A DNA stretch of 63,995 nucleotides, counting the filler, from Hausera hauseri (Eukaryota), in the NCBI GenBank assembly GCA_046269625.1. It is 12 parts of 12 records of this genome, joined end to end, with 100 filler letters (N's around TTAATTAATTAA, not from the genome) between each part and the next. Parts side by side here need not be neighbours in the genome. Positions count along the whole stretch, not along the records: positions 49,232 to 54,495 come from JBJURY010295390.1; positions 54,596 to 59,825 come from JBJURY010303389.1; positions 59,926 to 63,995 come from JBJURY010781535.1; 9 more parts are not named here. One strand, written 5' to 3'. A model generated the notes under the pieces. The model worked only from the letters and a program-made list of their open reading frames with translations, did not search any database and was not told the origin of the DNA. The first letter of the stretch is position 1, and every line of letters starts with the position of its first letter. The position numbers were made by a program, and so were the translations under genes. Positions 50,714 to 62,859 of this stretch are shown in pieces.

Positions 50714-52265
50714 ATTAAATTGAAAGCATCCGTTGATTTCAATTTTATATTTTACAGTAAAGGGTTAATTTTTTGAACATGTTAATGAATTTTGAGTTAA
50801 CTGAGAATTTTAAATTAACTAATAAGTTTTGCTATTATATTCTAAGGTACCTTTTATGAGCTTGTCATAGAATATTATAACATGAAATACAGTTTCAATT
50901 GAAAAATTTTACATTTGTTGTTTTAGTAAATAATAAGATACATTTAGCATACAATTATTAATATCTACGTGCTTTTAATAAATGTAAGTTAGATTTTTCA
51001 ATATTAGAATTTACTTCAATTATAAAATCTAGACTCATAATATTCATTTGAATAAAATTGTTAGAAAAGTGCGTAATTCATGTGTATTTTGGTTCCATAC
51101 GGAGGGAATATTTCTGCAGGAAGTAACAATATAGAAGTATAACATTGTGAAACCAGTTACATAGGATGTATGACTACGCGACAAAATTAAATTTTTGAAA
51201 CATTTATAGAATTTTTGATTTCTTAAATGTAATCGGTTTATGTAGAATTCAGGCCTGATTAAATTTAGCAGAGTATGAATATGCGCTATTCAACTACATA
51301 GGAAATTCTCAGTAAATCGGAAATAATTTGTTTTAATATTTATTGTTTATTTAAAATTTTTAAATTTTAGGTTTCAAAACTAAACGAATTGAATCGGTTT
51401 TTGTTTTGCCGTTGTAAAAAACATTTTTTAATATTCAGGACAGATAATTTTACTCGAGAATTACTTTTTATTACTTCATATGAAGTGAATAAGGTTAAAG
51501 TTTGGATCTAAAGTTTGTTCGTAGTTAGAAATGAAAAGTTTTAGACGAAGTGCTTTACACTTTTAGTAATTATTATAAAATTTTTTTAGTATTAATAATC
51601 GTTAAACGCTTTATAAAATCTTAGTCCTTATTATCTGGTACTTGGATTTTTTGTAATTGTACTACATTTTTCGTGTGGAAAATTTTGAAAAATTCCATAA
51701 TTGAAATTATCTCTTGTTGAGTGTTTATGGAACCTTGTAATGATGTTGTAAAGTTAAACAAAAACATTCAACAACAGTTACTGAACTTTATAATCTCGCT
51801 GTATAACAAATGCGACAATGATTTACACGATTTTACAGTATAATAATAAAATTACGCAATCTTTAATTAATTGCAAGTATACTTAAATTCATAACTGGTT
51901 TTCTGCTCATCATCATGTAACTGAAATACGCAATAATTGAAATTCCAAATTGGCTAAATGTGTTTAGGGTTTAAATTACTATTTTACATATTTGAGTTAC
52001 AGGGTGATCAGAATTAACAATTTTTTAACAAAACCAATTAAATATTTAAGAATTCACAAACACTGAATAAATTACTAAAGTATAGAGTTTCTAAAATGTA
52101 ATTGATATAAATAACTAATTTGTTTTTTTACTGTTTGTCTAGCCGTTAATACATTTTCATATTTTTGAAATGTTCCCGGATTCTCAACAATATTCCATTT
52201 TGTTTGTTTTATTACGCATTTTGGCAAAAAGTTTAAAAATACCTGACGGTCTGTTTTACTAGACA

Positions 52266-52638
52266 ATGGATTCAAATGATTTAAAATTTCTCACGGAACC
52301 AATTCGAGCATTTATTCGGGATTTTGCATATGCAATTAAGGAACGGAATATTATTCATATAGAAAATTATTACAAAATTGAGTAATAATAGTTTTAAATT
52401 TTATGCGAGAATTTTACTTTCATTAGATTTCCAAAATTGACGGAAAAGTATTTCAAAAGCACATCATGACCACCAATCTTTATAATTTCTACGATAGTGA
52501 ACGATGACCAGACATTTTTGATTTTGTACCAGGAAATGTACTATCGTCATTTGTATGCCCATGTGTCTAATTCTATATCGCTGAAAGATGGCATTGCATC
52601 ATATTACAATTATTGCGACTTGTTTAACATGATTTTAA
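52266..52638 (+). pseudogene. EIF3L: eIF3 subunit L N-terminal fragment, 45-nt intron (52382-52426), premature stop
   Basis: FPKLTEKYFKSTS*PP...NDDQTFLILYQEMYYRHLYAHV...ASYYNYCDLFNMIL versus conserved KLTERFFK.TPWP...FLILYKELYYRHIYA...ESYYNYCNLFNYIL. Confidence 0.85.
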
Positions 52639-52639
52639 G

Positions 52640-53496
52640 ATAATGGATATCGTCTGACAAATCTCGGCTATGATTATTTGGCGTTGAATAAATTTTTGAA
52701 ATCGGGCATTGTTTCAGATTTAAGTTTGTTTCAGATTATTGGAACCGGAAAAGAGTCTGATATTTATGTTGGACTTTCCGGTCAAAAAACCGAAGCCAAT
52801 TATTCGTTACCAGTTGATATTCCAATCGTTTTAAAATTCCACCGACTTGGTCGAACGTCGTTTAAGCAAGTAAAGAATAAAAGAGAATACAAAACTGGAA
52901 ACAAATGTTCATGGTTATATATGAATCGGTTGTCGTCAACTCGGGAGTATGTTACGATGAAAGTTAGTTGATTATTGATTTCATTTTACATGACCGTTAA
53001 TACTAACAGTTAAAATATTTTGATTTCCATTGGTTAAAGTTATGAAAAATATTTTGATTTATATTTTTACATTGTCCCATTTTTGATTAACTTTCCTGAT
53101 GATCAATACTCTGTCGAATCTTTTCAGCTTAGAAGTCACTCACACACAAGCATTATGGCAATATAATTGAAAATTTTTAAGGAACTTCACAACGCCGGAT
53201 TCCCGTACCATTGCCTATTTTTTACAATCGCGGATCATTAGTCATGGAATATATCGGCAACAGCATACCGTTATTTAAATTTTCCAAATCTGTTTTGGAG
53301 AGTGGTGCTGCTGTCGTTTTGTATCGTCAGGCCATAAAATTACTGATGGATATGGCCAAAAATGGTCTTGTTCATGGGGATTTGAATGAGTTTAATTTAC
53401 TGGTGAGAACGAACTGTGACATTGATATAAATATGCCGAAAAATGACGACAGTGCAGGAAGTGTTGTTGAGGATAATGAAGAGAGTGAACAGTCGT
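52640..53496 (+). pseudogene. RIOK2: RIO2 kinase internal fragment (exons about 52640-52962 and 53182-53496), frameshift near 53205
   Basis: GYRLTNLGYDYLAL...IGTGKESDIY...LKFHRLGRTSF...SWLYMNRLS; GFP/VP...VMEY...GLVHGDLNEFN; GT-AG intron 52963-53181. Confidence 0.9.
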
Positions 53497-53994
53497 GTAA
53501 GTATAGGCATAACTAATGAGTCATTAGTGACTGTTGATAATCAATTGCTAATGTATTGTTGGTGGATAATTTTCTGTTGAAAAACATGCACCATTTTCCT
53601 TTGCTGTATTCTGTACTACACTAAAATTATAAAGTTCATTAACGGGGTTTTGCGCCAAAAATTTATACTCAAGGAAACGCATTTTACTGTAAATCTGGCA
53701 TAGTCTGAGAGGCGTGTAAAATATAATGTTTTTAGAGGTCTAATATTGTTCATAATTTTTGAAACTTTATGAAGAAAGTCATTGAGCGTATACGGCATGT
53801 CATTCTTTGAATTTGAGGACGGCAGTAACGCAAATGCATGCGCTGGGAACAGTCACAGTGCATTCTAGTGGTTGTGGATTTGGTAGAGGGCTCGAGTGCG
53901 TTGGCATTGCGTTGGCCAAGATGCACCTTTTCTGTTATGCTGAGTTTGGCAGATTTTATAACGTTTATAAACTCGAGACTGTGTACACTGCGAG

Positions 53995-54375
53995 GCTGCA
54001 TGGGGCGCACTCGTCACCTATAAAAAATGGCATGTGAGCGCCGGTTTCGGTCCTGTGGGTTTGATTCCCACCTGTCTTATTGTGGCGTTTGTGCCATATG
54101 CAGCCAAGCGCGTCTGTGAATGGTGTCGAGGTAGTATATGTCGATAACTTGGCCAGTTGCGCATAACGCAACCTGGTAGTGTAATAACGGCTGTTAAGTA
54201 GTCCGTCAAGTATTTTTAGTTGATAGATGTCAGGGTTCTTAGCGAACTTCTAATGCTTCGTCCGGTTGCATGTAGCATGTGCGTCGCTTATTAAAAGCGG
54301 TATGGGCGAGTGCCGATTCGGTACTGTGGGTTTGATCCCCACCTGCTTTAATGCGACGTTAATGCTGCATGTGAT
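53995..54375. repeat. Diverged direct repeat, period about 271 bp, each copy with a tRNA T-arm-like stem-loop
   Basis: GTGGG-TTTGATT-CCCAC (54055-54071) and GTGGG-TTTGATC-CCCAC (54326-54342) in homologous context. Confidence 0.6.
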
Positions 54376-54595
54376 CGGGTACTCTTTCTTTCGATCTTGT
54401 AGGGTTTCACTGTAGTCGAGGTATCTTTGATGCACTCCTGGTGCGACTTGATACCGGTGCGGCTGGGATTTGGGTTCGTATTGTCGTACGTTCCGNNNNN
54501 NNNNNNNNNNNNNNNNNNNNNNNNNNNNNNNNNNNNNNNTTAATTAATTAANNNNNNNNNNNNNNNNNNNNNNNNNNNNNNNNNNNNNNNNNNNN

Positions 54596-57500
54596 ATTTT
54601 ATTATCGGTGCTGATACATTCGCCTTTTGATCTCGTCAAAAGCATCCTGGTTTTCTTCTGTCCACTACCATTTTTGGTTCTTCCTTAATAGCTTATATTA
54701 AGGCTGGTTAATTTCTGCAAAGTCAGCTATAAAGGTAGCACAAAATCCTCTCAATCCTAACCAAGTTTTCATCTCGTGCACGTTAGTTCGAGGGGGATAT
54801 TCCAATATTTTAAATATTAAATCAGGGCTGGTTGATATACCTTGGTGAGAAACAACAAATCCAACGTATCTAACTTCCTTCTTGCACCATTCATATTTTC
54901 TCGGATTTAACTTTAATGTTGCGAGCCTGATGCGATCAAATACTTCTTTTAAATCTACTAAATGTGCCGACCATGTCTTAGATGCGATTAGAATGTCGTT
55001 AATGTATGATAATCTTCGTACTCCTTTTAATATTAACGAATAAATTCTTGGAAGAAGGTGGGTGCTGTTTTCAAACCAAACGGCACACGTGTAAATTGAT
55101 AAACCCCTGTATGCGTCTTAAACGCGGTTTCCAACCGATCTTCTTCAGCCATGGGGATTTTCCAAAAACCACTTTGTAAATCTAACGTGGTACAGTATTT
55201 ACAATCTTTCAGTTCGTCTATAATGTCTCGTATTTGAGGTATCTGATAGGCATGATTTATCAAATGCTTATTTAATGTAACATAGTTAACACACAAACGG
55301 TATTTTGTCGTTTTAGCTTTTTTGGCCATAACTATTGGAGAGGGCCATAGCGATTGACTAGGCTCTATGATACCCTTGTCTAATATTGCTTGAATTGGCT
55401 CCTCAACTTCCTTTTGTAGTGCTTTTGAAGGGGGTACCATTTGGTATAGGTTGCCGCAATAAATCTATTTCTTTTCCTGTTAATGGGTCGATCATAAATG
55501 ATAGTTTGAATTTAACGAAATTGGTTCGTCCGATGTCCGTTTTATCTTTGGCAAAAATGTCCAAAATACTCAAAAATAAGATCGGAAAAGTTTTCTAGAT
55601 AACCATCTGATAGATTTTTCTTAGCTTTGCGAGAACGACATCAAGTTCATCTTCATCCTTTTCTTTTCCTTTGATTGATATGGCTGCGGTTTTACTATTG
55701 TATTCGTCATGAAGAATTGTTTCAAGGGCCCGTCCGAGTTTCATCTTTGTGAATAATGTGACGTATTTAAGGGTCGGATTTAAAACTTCAATAGGGATAG
55801 TTCCTTCGACTACGTTAACACAATACTGTGGCAGTATAAGCCCATTTTGAATAATTTTCGGTACAAACTCGATTATACTATTATCTGAGAAGACCGTTCT
55901 GGCATGTATGACCATTCTAGAATTGGGTGGTATTTTCTAAACGTGTCCTACGCAGATGTCTGCTTTATCGTAGGTAAGAGGAATATTTTCATTATTAAGG
56001 CAAATTGATTCAGATTGTAGATTTATGTGTACACCTTGTAAATTTCGTAACACGTTCATCTTTAGGATGCATCTTGGATCTAGGGTGGTAATTACATCTA
56101 AGGTTATTTTGAATCTTTTTCCACAAATCCATGGTTCGCATTTCCAATATCCATAGGGTTTGCTGCATTGCTGGAAGGCTGAATTGGTACCATGTGAGTC
56201 TTTGGTGGATAATTTTATTTGAGATTGTAATTCTTCTGGAATTGCCTTTTTCGCTATTAACGCTACATTAGCTCCGGTATCCGCCATAGCATTTAAATTA
56301 AAAGTACCAAAATGAACTGTTGTGTGGGGTCGATTATCTCTTAATAATTCGTGAAAAGTTAATACATCGTTGTAATCATCTATATGAGGTTCCATGAAGG
56401 TCTAACTGGCTGAACAGTATCTAGTTGTTCCGTTAGCTAATATGACCGTCAGACTTTCCACTGATTGTGTATCATTTTCTGACCCTTTTGATTTGTTTTT
56501 GAGTTCAGTCAAATCTGGGTAACAGCTTAAATATTTTGATGTTGTTTGTTGTACATTACTGGATTCAGTTGTTGGAATTATATATTGGGATTTCCTGTCA
56601 GGTTGAGCTTCTCTTGATCTGTTTGCTGGATGGTAGGGTACCTGCGGTATCATGCCCAATTTAGGTGATATTGGTAACGTTACTCGATTATTTTCCATAT
56701 TTCGCGTAATAATGGATTGACGTATCTCGTCCTGAGAGTACTTGGGTAAGTTACATAATTTTATGTAATCTTCTTTCTTTGCGTAAGGATCTGTTAAGTA
56801 TTTCAGATTAGATAATTTACAAATAGGCATTGTTTTACTCTCATATGATGCAGCAGGTAATTTTTGCATATTGTTTCTCTTTGGTTTCATAAATTTGATT
56901 TTTCTCCTCTTATCCTTAGGAATTCCTGTTGTGGAATATTATCCAGGGGTATTACCGTCATCTGAACTTGATGAGGTATCCTTTGGTAATAGTTTCTACT
57001 ACTTGTAGTAAACATGTTTTTCTAATTTACCTCGCCATTGTTTCTCATGGTAGGCTTTGATGAATTTGCCAATCAGAGAAAATAAAACGCCTATTATACT
57101 CAACGATAATCCCGTTAGATGGTAAATCTCATAAGCATTTAGCACAGAGTTGATACAGACATTTAAAGTTTGTATAATAAAATAGATTGACAGAAATCTT
57201 GATGCTACTTGGCCGAATCTTAAGAATCCTCCCCACATTTTGTATCACAAATTCGAGACGATTTTGGTATAGGCATCCGGCGTCCATAATCGATCCTATT
57301 TCCCTTCTCCTGCTGTGTTGTCAATTACGCAGTGTATTCCTCGATTTACTATTTGTTCTCTCTGTCTCGAATATGCCAAAAACTTTACAAATGAATTGAT
57401 GTCTTTCTTGCTATACAATGCTGACTTGGATACGTCAGTAAACATGTTGGTTTCAGTCGCATGTTTCAGATTTGGCATCGTTAATTTATTTGGTTTTTCT

Positions 57501-59530
57501 TTGACTCTATCGCGATCCTGTAGTATAATCAAAAGATCTTGGTTATCATACTTGATTAATGGCTTATTTAGTGCTGAACAATTTTGGATTTCAGTAGGTA
57601 TTGTATGTGATGCCAGAAGCACTCTGAGGATTGGTTGCACGTATCAAATTTCTTCATTATATTTGACAAGTATTTCAGAGTAACACGGGGAACCCGTAAT
57701 TAATGGTAATTCTAAACGTTTACATATATATGTATGTAGCACCTCTCCTAAAATCTGCCCTGGATTCCTTCTCCAAATGGGAAAATTATCGTTATCATTT
57801 CCGAGTTAGACGCATAATTGGCTAAGCGATTTCTTAGAGTTTCAAAGTTAACTTTGCAAAAGTTTTGAATTGTTTCAGAATATATTTTCTCAATTGTTCT
57901 ATGAATCAAATAGAACAAAAAATCATCTCTGTTTGCAATATAATCAGCAATGTTTACTAACTGAGCCTTATTAGTAGGCGAATTATCAGCACCTTTGATT
58001 TCCTTTTCTGATATAAAATGTTTGTCGTAATTCGTACTAAATACTTGTTATCCACACTTTGTAATCGCATCTTGTTGATTAAATTTGACTCCTCCTGTAA
58101 TATCCTTGGATATTNNNNNNNNNNGTTTTTACTTTGGGAATGACTTGAATATTAGTATGTTCAGAAGTGGTCTTATAGTGCCGTGAGTAACGTTTTCCCG
58201 TAGTTACATTAAATTCTCCCCTTCGTATTTGTACTAATGTACAATCATAACTTGTTGGCAATTTCCAAACTATTGTGGATGTTTTTAGCTTGCAGAAGAA
58301 TGCGTCCATCATTGTATTTATACTAGTTTCAAAAATATAAGTATTATCCTTAATCTCAGCTTATATTGGTCGTGTACTACAATACTTGCTTCGACACCTT
58401 TACCGGTATCAAAATTTCCTTCTCTACAATTACCTTTTTCATCTTTATAACCAGCGATCCATATTTCTTGTTGGGTTACTTGTCCTCTTATTGAGGTCAA
58501 CAAAATGTCATCCCATTTCAACTGCAGGGTTTCTCCCGCATCTCTACAATATGTAAGGTTAACTGACACATATTTAGGCATATTGGTTGGCTTAATATAA
58601 GAGTCATGATCTAGGTGACCGCAGTGAGAAATGGTACGGGATACGCGCAGTGAAAATTCCACTCCTTTTATGTGTAACATAGTTTTGTCGTAGTAAATAT
58701 ACAAATTTTGCGTTTGAGTCTCCAATTTCCTTGGAAGGGCATCCGAACAAGATTGTAGATCCATCAAGGAGTAGTAGTTTCCCCGCATATATTTGGTCGC
58801 AATAATATGCCAATATAGTTCCTGTCCTTTAAAAATTTGTGAATAGTACCAACAAGAGTAGAATAAATTGTAAAAATGTTCCGTTATGTTTTACGCCATC
58901 ACTCTTCTGGACTTCTTCCTGTATTTGATTTGACATTTTCTCCATAATAATGCGAACTATTTCTTCTTGAGATGCATTTTGAGTTATTTCAAATATAGCT
59001 TTCTCTATGTTTGTCTGTTCTACTTCGGATTGCATTTCCTTCCCATTTTGTAAAAACAAATCACTCCATTTTCTTTACAGCTGAATAACAGATTTGCTGG
59101 CGAGAATTATTTTACCGGTTGTAATTTTAAATTCGGCTTTGCTGGGTGTTTCTAATATCAGTAACAATGTCACCTTTTCGAGTATTAAGCGGGATAGTGT
59201 TTCGAGGATTAGCTGTATAATATCATTATTGTTTAAGTTTTCCCATTCTGAATTTTTCTTAAGAATTTTTATAAATTTTAGTTGCTCTTTAACTCGTTTC
59301 TTCCATTTTTAGATCCAGAGTTTATTGGATCCTTTCCAGTCTCTATGTAATATATTTCTCTACCTAGTTTCTTCACTTCTTTGTATTCTTTATACAAGTT
59401 TGGGGTTTCATAATCCATCATTTGAGTAACAAAATTCCTGACAATAGTTATTTATATAGAATAAGTAAGTAAATCAGTTCAGATTTTATTTAAACGTGTT
59501 TGAAATTGCACTAGTTTTGGTGTCAATAAT
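54596..59530 (-). mobile_element. Decayed 'env-before-pol' Gypsy-type retroelement, copy 3 (helical region, signal, glycoprotein, TM, linker, PR, dUTPase-like, RT)
   Basis: FLQFILLLLVLF..AYYCD; VSRTISHCGHLDHDS; GNCREGNFDTGKGVEASIVV; WGGFLRFGQVAS TM; MADTGANVA; RT SLWPSPIV, YRLCVNY, LDLQSGFW, VPFGLKTAP. ORFs starting 59059, 58813, 58312, 57640, 57238, 56890, 56395 and 55915 share one frame. Confidence 0.9.
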
Positions 59531-59574
59531 CTTTTAAATATATCTCATTACTGTATACACTGAACTGGCAGCAC

Positions 59575-59825
59575 AAAACTTGGCCGCGTTGACGCTCGAT
59601 CCCGGCGCGGTCTCGTATCGAGCGGAAATCAAGTCGTGTGTGGCACTGCGGCAGTCCTTCATCGACGCGAAGGACCAACTTCCCGAAGTGTCACGGCAGC
59701 GCGACGCGATGCGGATGTTGATCGATCGTGAATTGGCCATACTGCGTCCCGTTTGGACTCACGACGATTTGCGGGCCTTCTCCGTGGACATGGCCACGCG
59801 GGCGGAGATTGACCGCCTGATCAAG
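59575..59825 (+). other. GC-rich coding-like fragment of different composition fused to the AT-rich element
   Basis: Abrupt composition shift near 59575; open frame to contig end; no motif recognised. Confidence 0.5.
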
Positions 59826-59925
59826 NNNNNNNNNNNNNNNNNNNNNNNNNNNNNNNNNNNNNNNNNNNNTTAATTAATTAANNNNNNNNNNNNNNNNNNN
59901 NNNNNNNNNNNNNNNNNNNNNNNNN

Positions 59926-62780
59926 TTGCATTTGTCGAAATTGATTTCGGGATTATGATGGTTAAGACGTTGGAATATTGCGCGAAGGTGTTCTTCGTGT
60001 TCTTTGGCGAAAGATGAAACTACTAAAATATCATCGATATAAAGGTGTGCAAAAGGGAAATTTGCAAGAATTGAATCGATGTGGCGCTGAAAAGTTTATG
60101 CGGAATTTCTCAAACCAAATGGCATAAATAGGTATTCGTAGAGACCAAAAAAAGTAGTTATTACAGTTTTTTCTATGTCTTCGGGTGCTACCGGTATTTG
60201 ATGGTATGCTTTAGCTAAATCAATTGTTGAATAGATGGTGGTTGAATTAAGGCGATGTAAGATATTCTTGATGAGTGGTAAAGGATATGCGTCCATGATA
60301 TTCAAGTTATTCAGTTGTCGGTAGTCACCGCATGGTCCAAAAGTACCGTCCTTTTTGTACAACGTGTAAAGGTGATGACCAAGGAGATTTAGAACGGCTT
60401 ACTATGCCGGAACTTTCTTGTTCTACAAATTCTGCTTCTACGGCCTGTCTTCGACGAGGTGGCAAAGGCCGTACTTTTTGGCGTATCGGACGTTGGTGCT
60501 GTGTGGCTATGTGGTGTAAAATGCTGTTTGCGGGAGTAAAAGTACGATTTTTTTTAAGTACGCGTAAACATGATTTGTTGACGAATTGCTGTAACGTTGT
60601 AGGTAGCTGTGAGAGATTCGATGAAAGTGGTGAAACGGTTTGGGTAGTAGCGGATGCAATTTGTGAGTTGTTAGGTAATGTGCAGTCAAGTGGTATTTTG
60701 TGTAATATGGTTGAATTGAAGATGGTGTTGAATAAAGTTACTTTGCTGAATGGAACCATGTTGGTGGCAGTACCACACTCATCGACATCAAATCTCGATC
60801 GTATATCCATATTATTGTTTAAAAATTTACGAATGGAATTATTGTTATAAAAAATAGAATTATTCATTGACTTTCCCAGGATTGACTTCCGCCCCCCGGT
60901 CAACTGCGCAGTAGTCGAAACGCAATTTACATGTCCAGAAATGTCGCCAACGGTGCCTCTCCTCAAACACCGCTGACTGCAGTGAATCAGTAAGTTGTAG
61001 TGTGTGAGAAAGTCAGATCCAAGAATTGCCGACTGGACGTTAGCGATTGTGAACGTCCAGTGGAAAGTTGAAAGAAAATTCGGCAGAGTGAATGATAATT
61101 TAGTCGTATCAGAAATGTGCAGCGGTTAGCCTGAAGCAGTGTATAAGTGTTTGATATTGAATGGAGTATTTTGTGCGGGAAAAGTTGATGGTACTAAAGA
61201 AATTGCTGCACCTGTATCGATGAGAAAGTCAGTAGATTTTGTTGATGGGGCAGTGATTGCAGCCTTTAAAGTAAAGACTGCAAAAGAGACGTGTCGGCGT
61301 ACAGAATCTGAAGCAGAGCCTTTTCCAGAGTTTGTCGTGATCTCTAACGGCGAACTTAGTTTTTTTGAAAAAATAAACTTGGACGACTGTGAGAAGTGAA
61401 GGCAGTACGCCCGTCGTTCGTATTAGATTTGAAGGTACAGCCGGGGATACATTTACGTGCTTGATTTTTGAATCTTGCATGGTAAGTGCAAACAACGGTG
61501 TTCGAGGAAAAATTCTTGTTATAAAATTGGCACCCCAGGCCGCACTTCTGGGCATTAGTGTTGAATCTTCTGTGGTAATAGCAGATCGATGAACGCGCAG
61601 GCGATGGTGAGCAGCTTCGTGACGTAGAACGGGTACGGGCAGCGGCAAAACTCCCCGTCCGGACAAAGACAGTTCATTTTATTTAGTATTGATGTTGCTG
61701 ATTGTTGCCTGCAATGCAATATTTTCAGAACGTAGCTGATTAAGCTGTTGTTCTATGCATGTATTGTTGTTAGTTGCAACTGCTGCTAAAATAACTGATG
61801 GAGAATTTACATGTAGGACATCGTGTGTCCTATCAGCTAACTCGGCCAATTTTTCAAGCGGTGTGGAATCCCCCACCACGGTAAGGAGGGCCCGGATTTG
61901 AATAGGTAGGGCATTAAGAAAATAGTGGCGCAGAAGATCTGGGTTGTGCTCCTTAGTGACGCCAAGAGTACGTAAGTGAGCTAACGAGATGCGTAGGAAG
62001 TCACTGAGTTTTTGTGTCCCCATTGCATTTTCATTAAAGGAACGTTGCATTATGGAGTCGATTGATGGTTTTGTCTGTTTTAATACAGCATCGAATAATT
62101 GGGTATAAGGGTCATGGTGTTGAAAGATGTCTAGTAAGTTATGGATTGAGGCTTTTATGGAGTTTGGGAGAAGATAAAGTAGGCTATGGGCTTTGGATAA
62201 GGAGTCTGTGATACTGTTGGACTGTAATCAGAGTTGATGGAAGTGGAGGCACGTTTTTCTGGACTTTTCTTTATCTATGAAGTAGTCAGTGCAATGTGGA
62301 GAAGTATTGATAGGATTTTTGTCGGTTGAAGTAGGTGTATGATTTGGTCTGGTGTAGTAGAAAAAGGGTATTTCCTTTTTTGTGGTGGTTGTATCCGTGG
62401 TATCAATGGTTGGCGAAGTGTTCATGCCACCACTGATACGGCAATGTATGATGAAGCAAGTGTGATTTGAGAAAGGAGGTAGAGTTCCGTTGAGATGTAT
62501 GATAGCGCCGTTTTGATTGAGGTAAAAGTCGGGAGAATTAAGTAAGGAAGAAATGCAGGTCTGAAGGGTGAGAATGTGTGGATGTGTTGTATTTAGTGTG
62601 TAGATATGTATATTGTTAAAAAAGAAAATGGATGTGGCAGCAGTGGTGCACCTGGGGGCATAATGTGTGGCCGACGTCGAAGGCGCCGTACGACCGACCG
62701 GCGCAGGGTTGGCGGTTGGAACCTCCGCCCCGATGGGGCGGGCACCAAAATGCAGGGTACCCGAGTTTCCCCTCAAACTG
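59926..62780 (-). mobile_element. Decayed Ty3/Gypsy element (gag, PR, RT), same family as 8460-11353
   Basis: SPTIDTTD gag start; LLRHYFLNALP; LIDTGAAIS; PWSSPLHVV, GDYRQLN, DAYPLP, MPFGLRN, YIDD. Confidence 0.92.
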
Positions 62781-62859
62781 CGCAACATCGGAATGCTGTC
62801 GGGTATAGATGTTTGGGATATTTGATTAAGATTTCGAATTCCGTCAGAAATTTGATAAA

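Noticed and set aside
52467-52469. TGA at a conserved Trp in eIF3L suggesting a variant genetic code
   Set aside because: TGG encodes Trp elsewhere, and TAA, TAG and frameshifts disrupt neighbouring genes; ordinary pseudogene decay.
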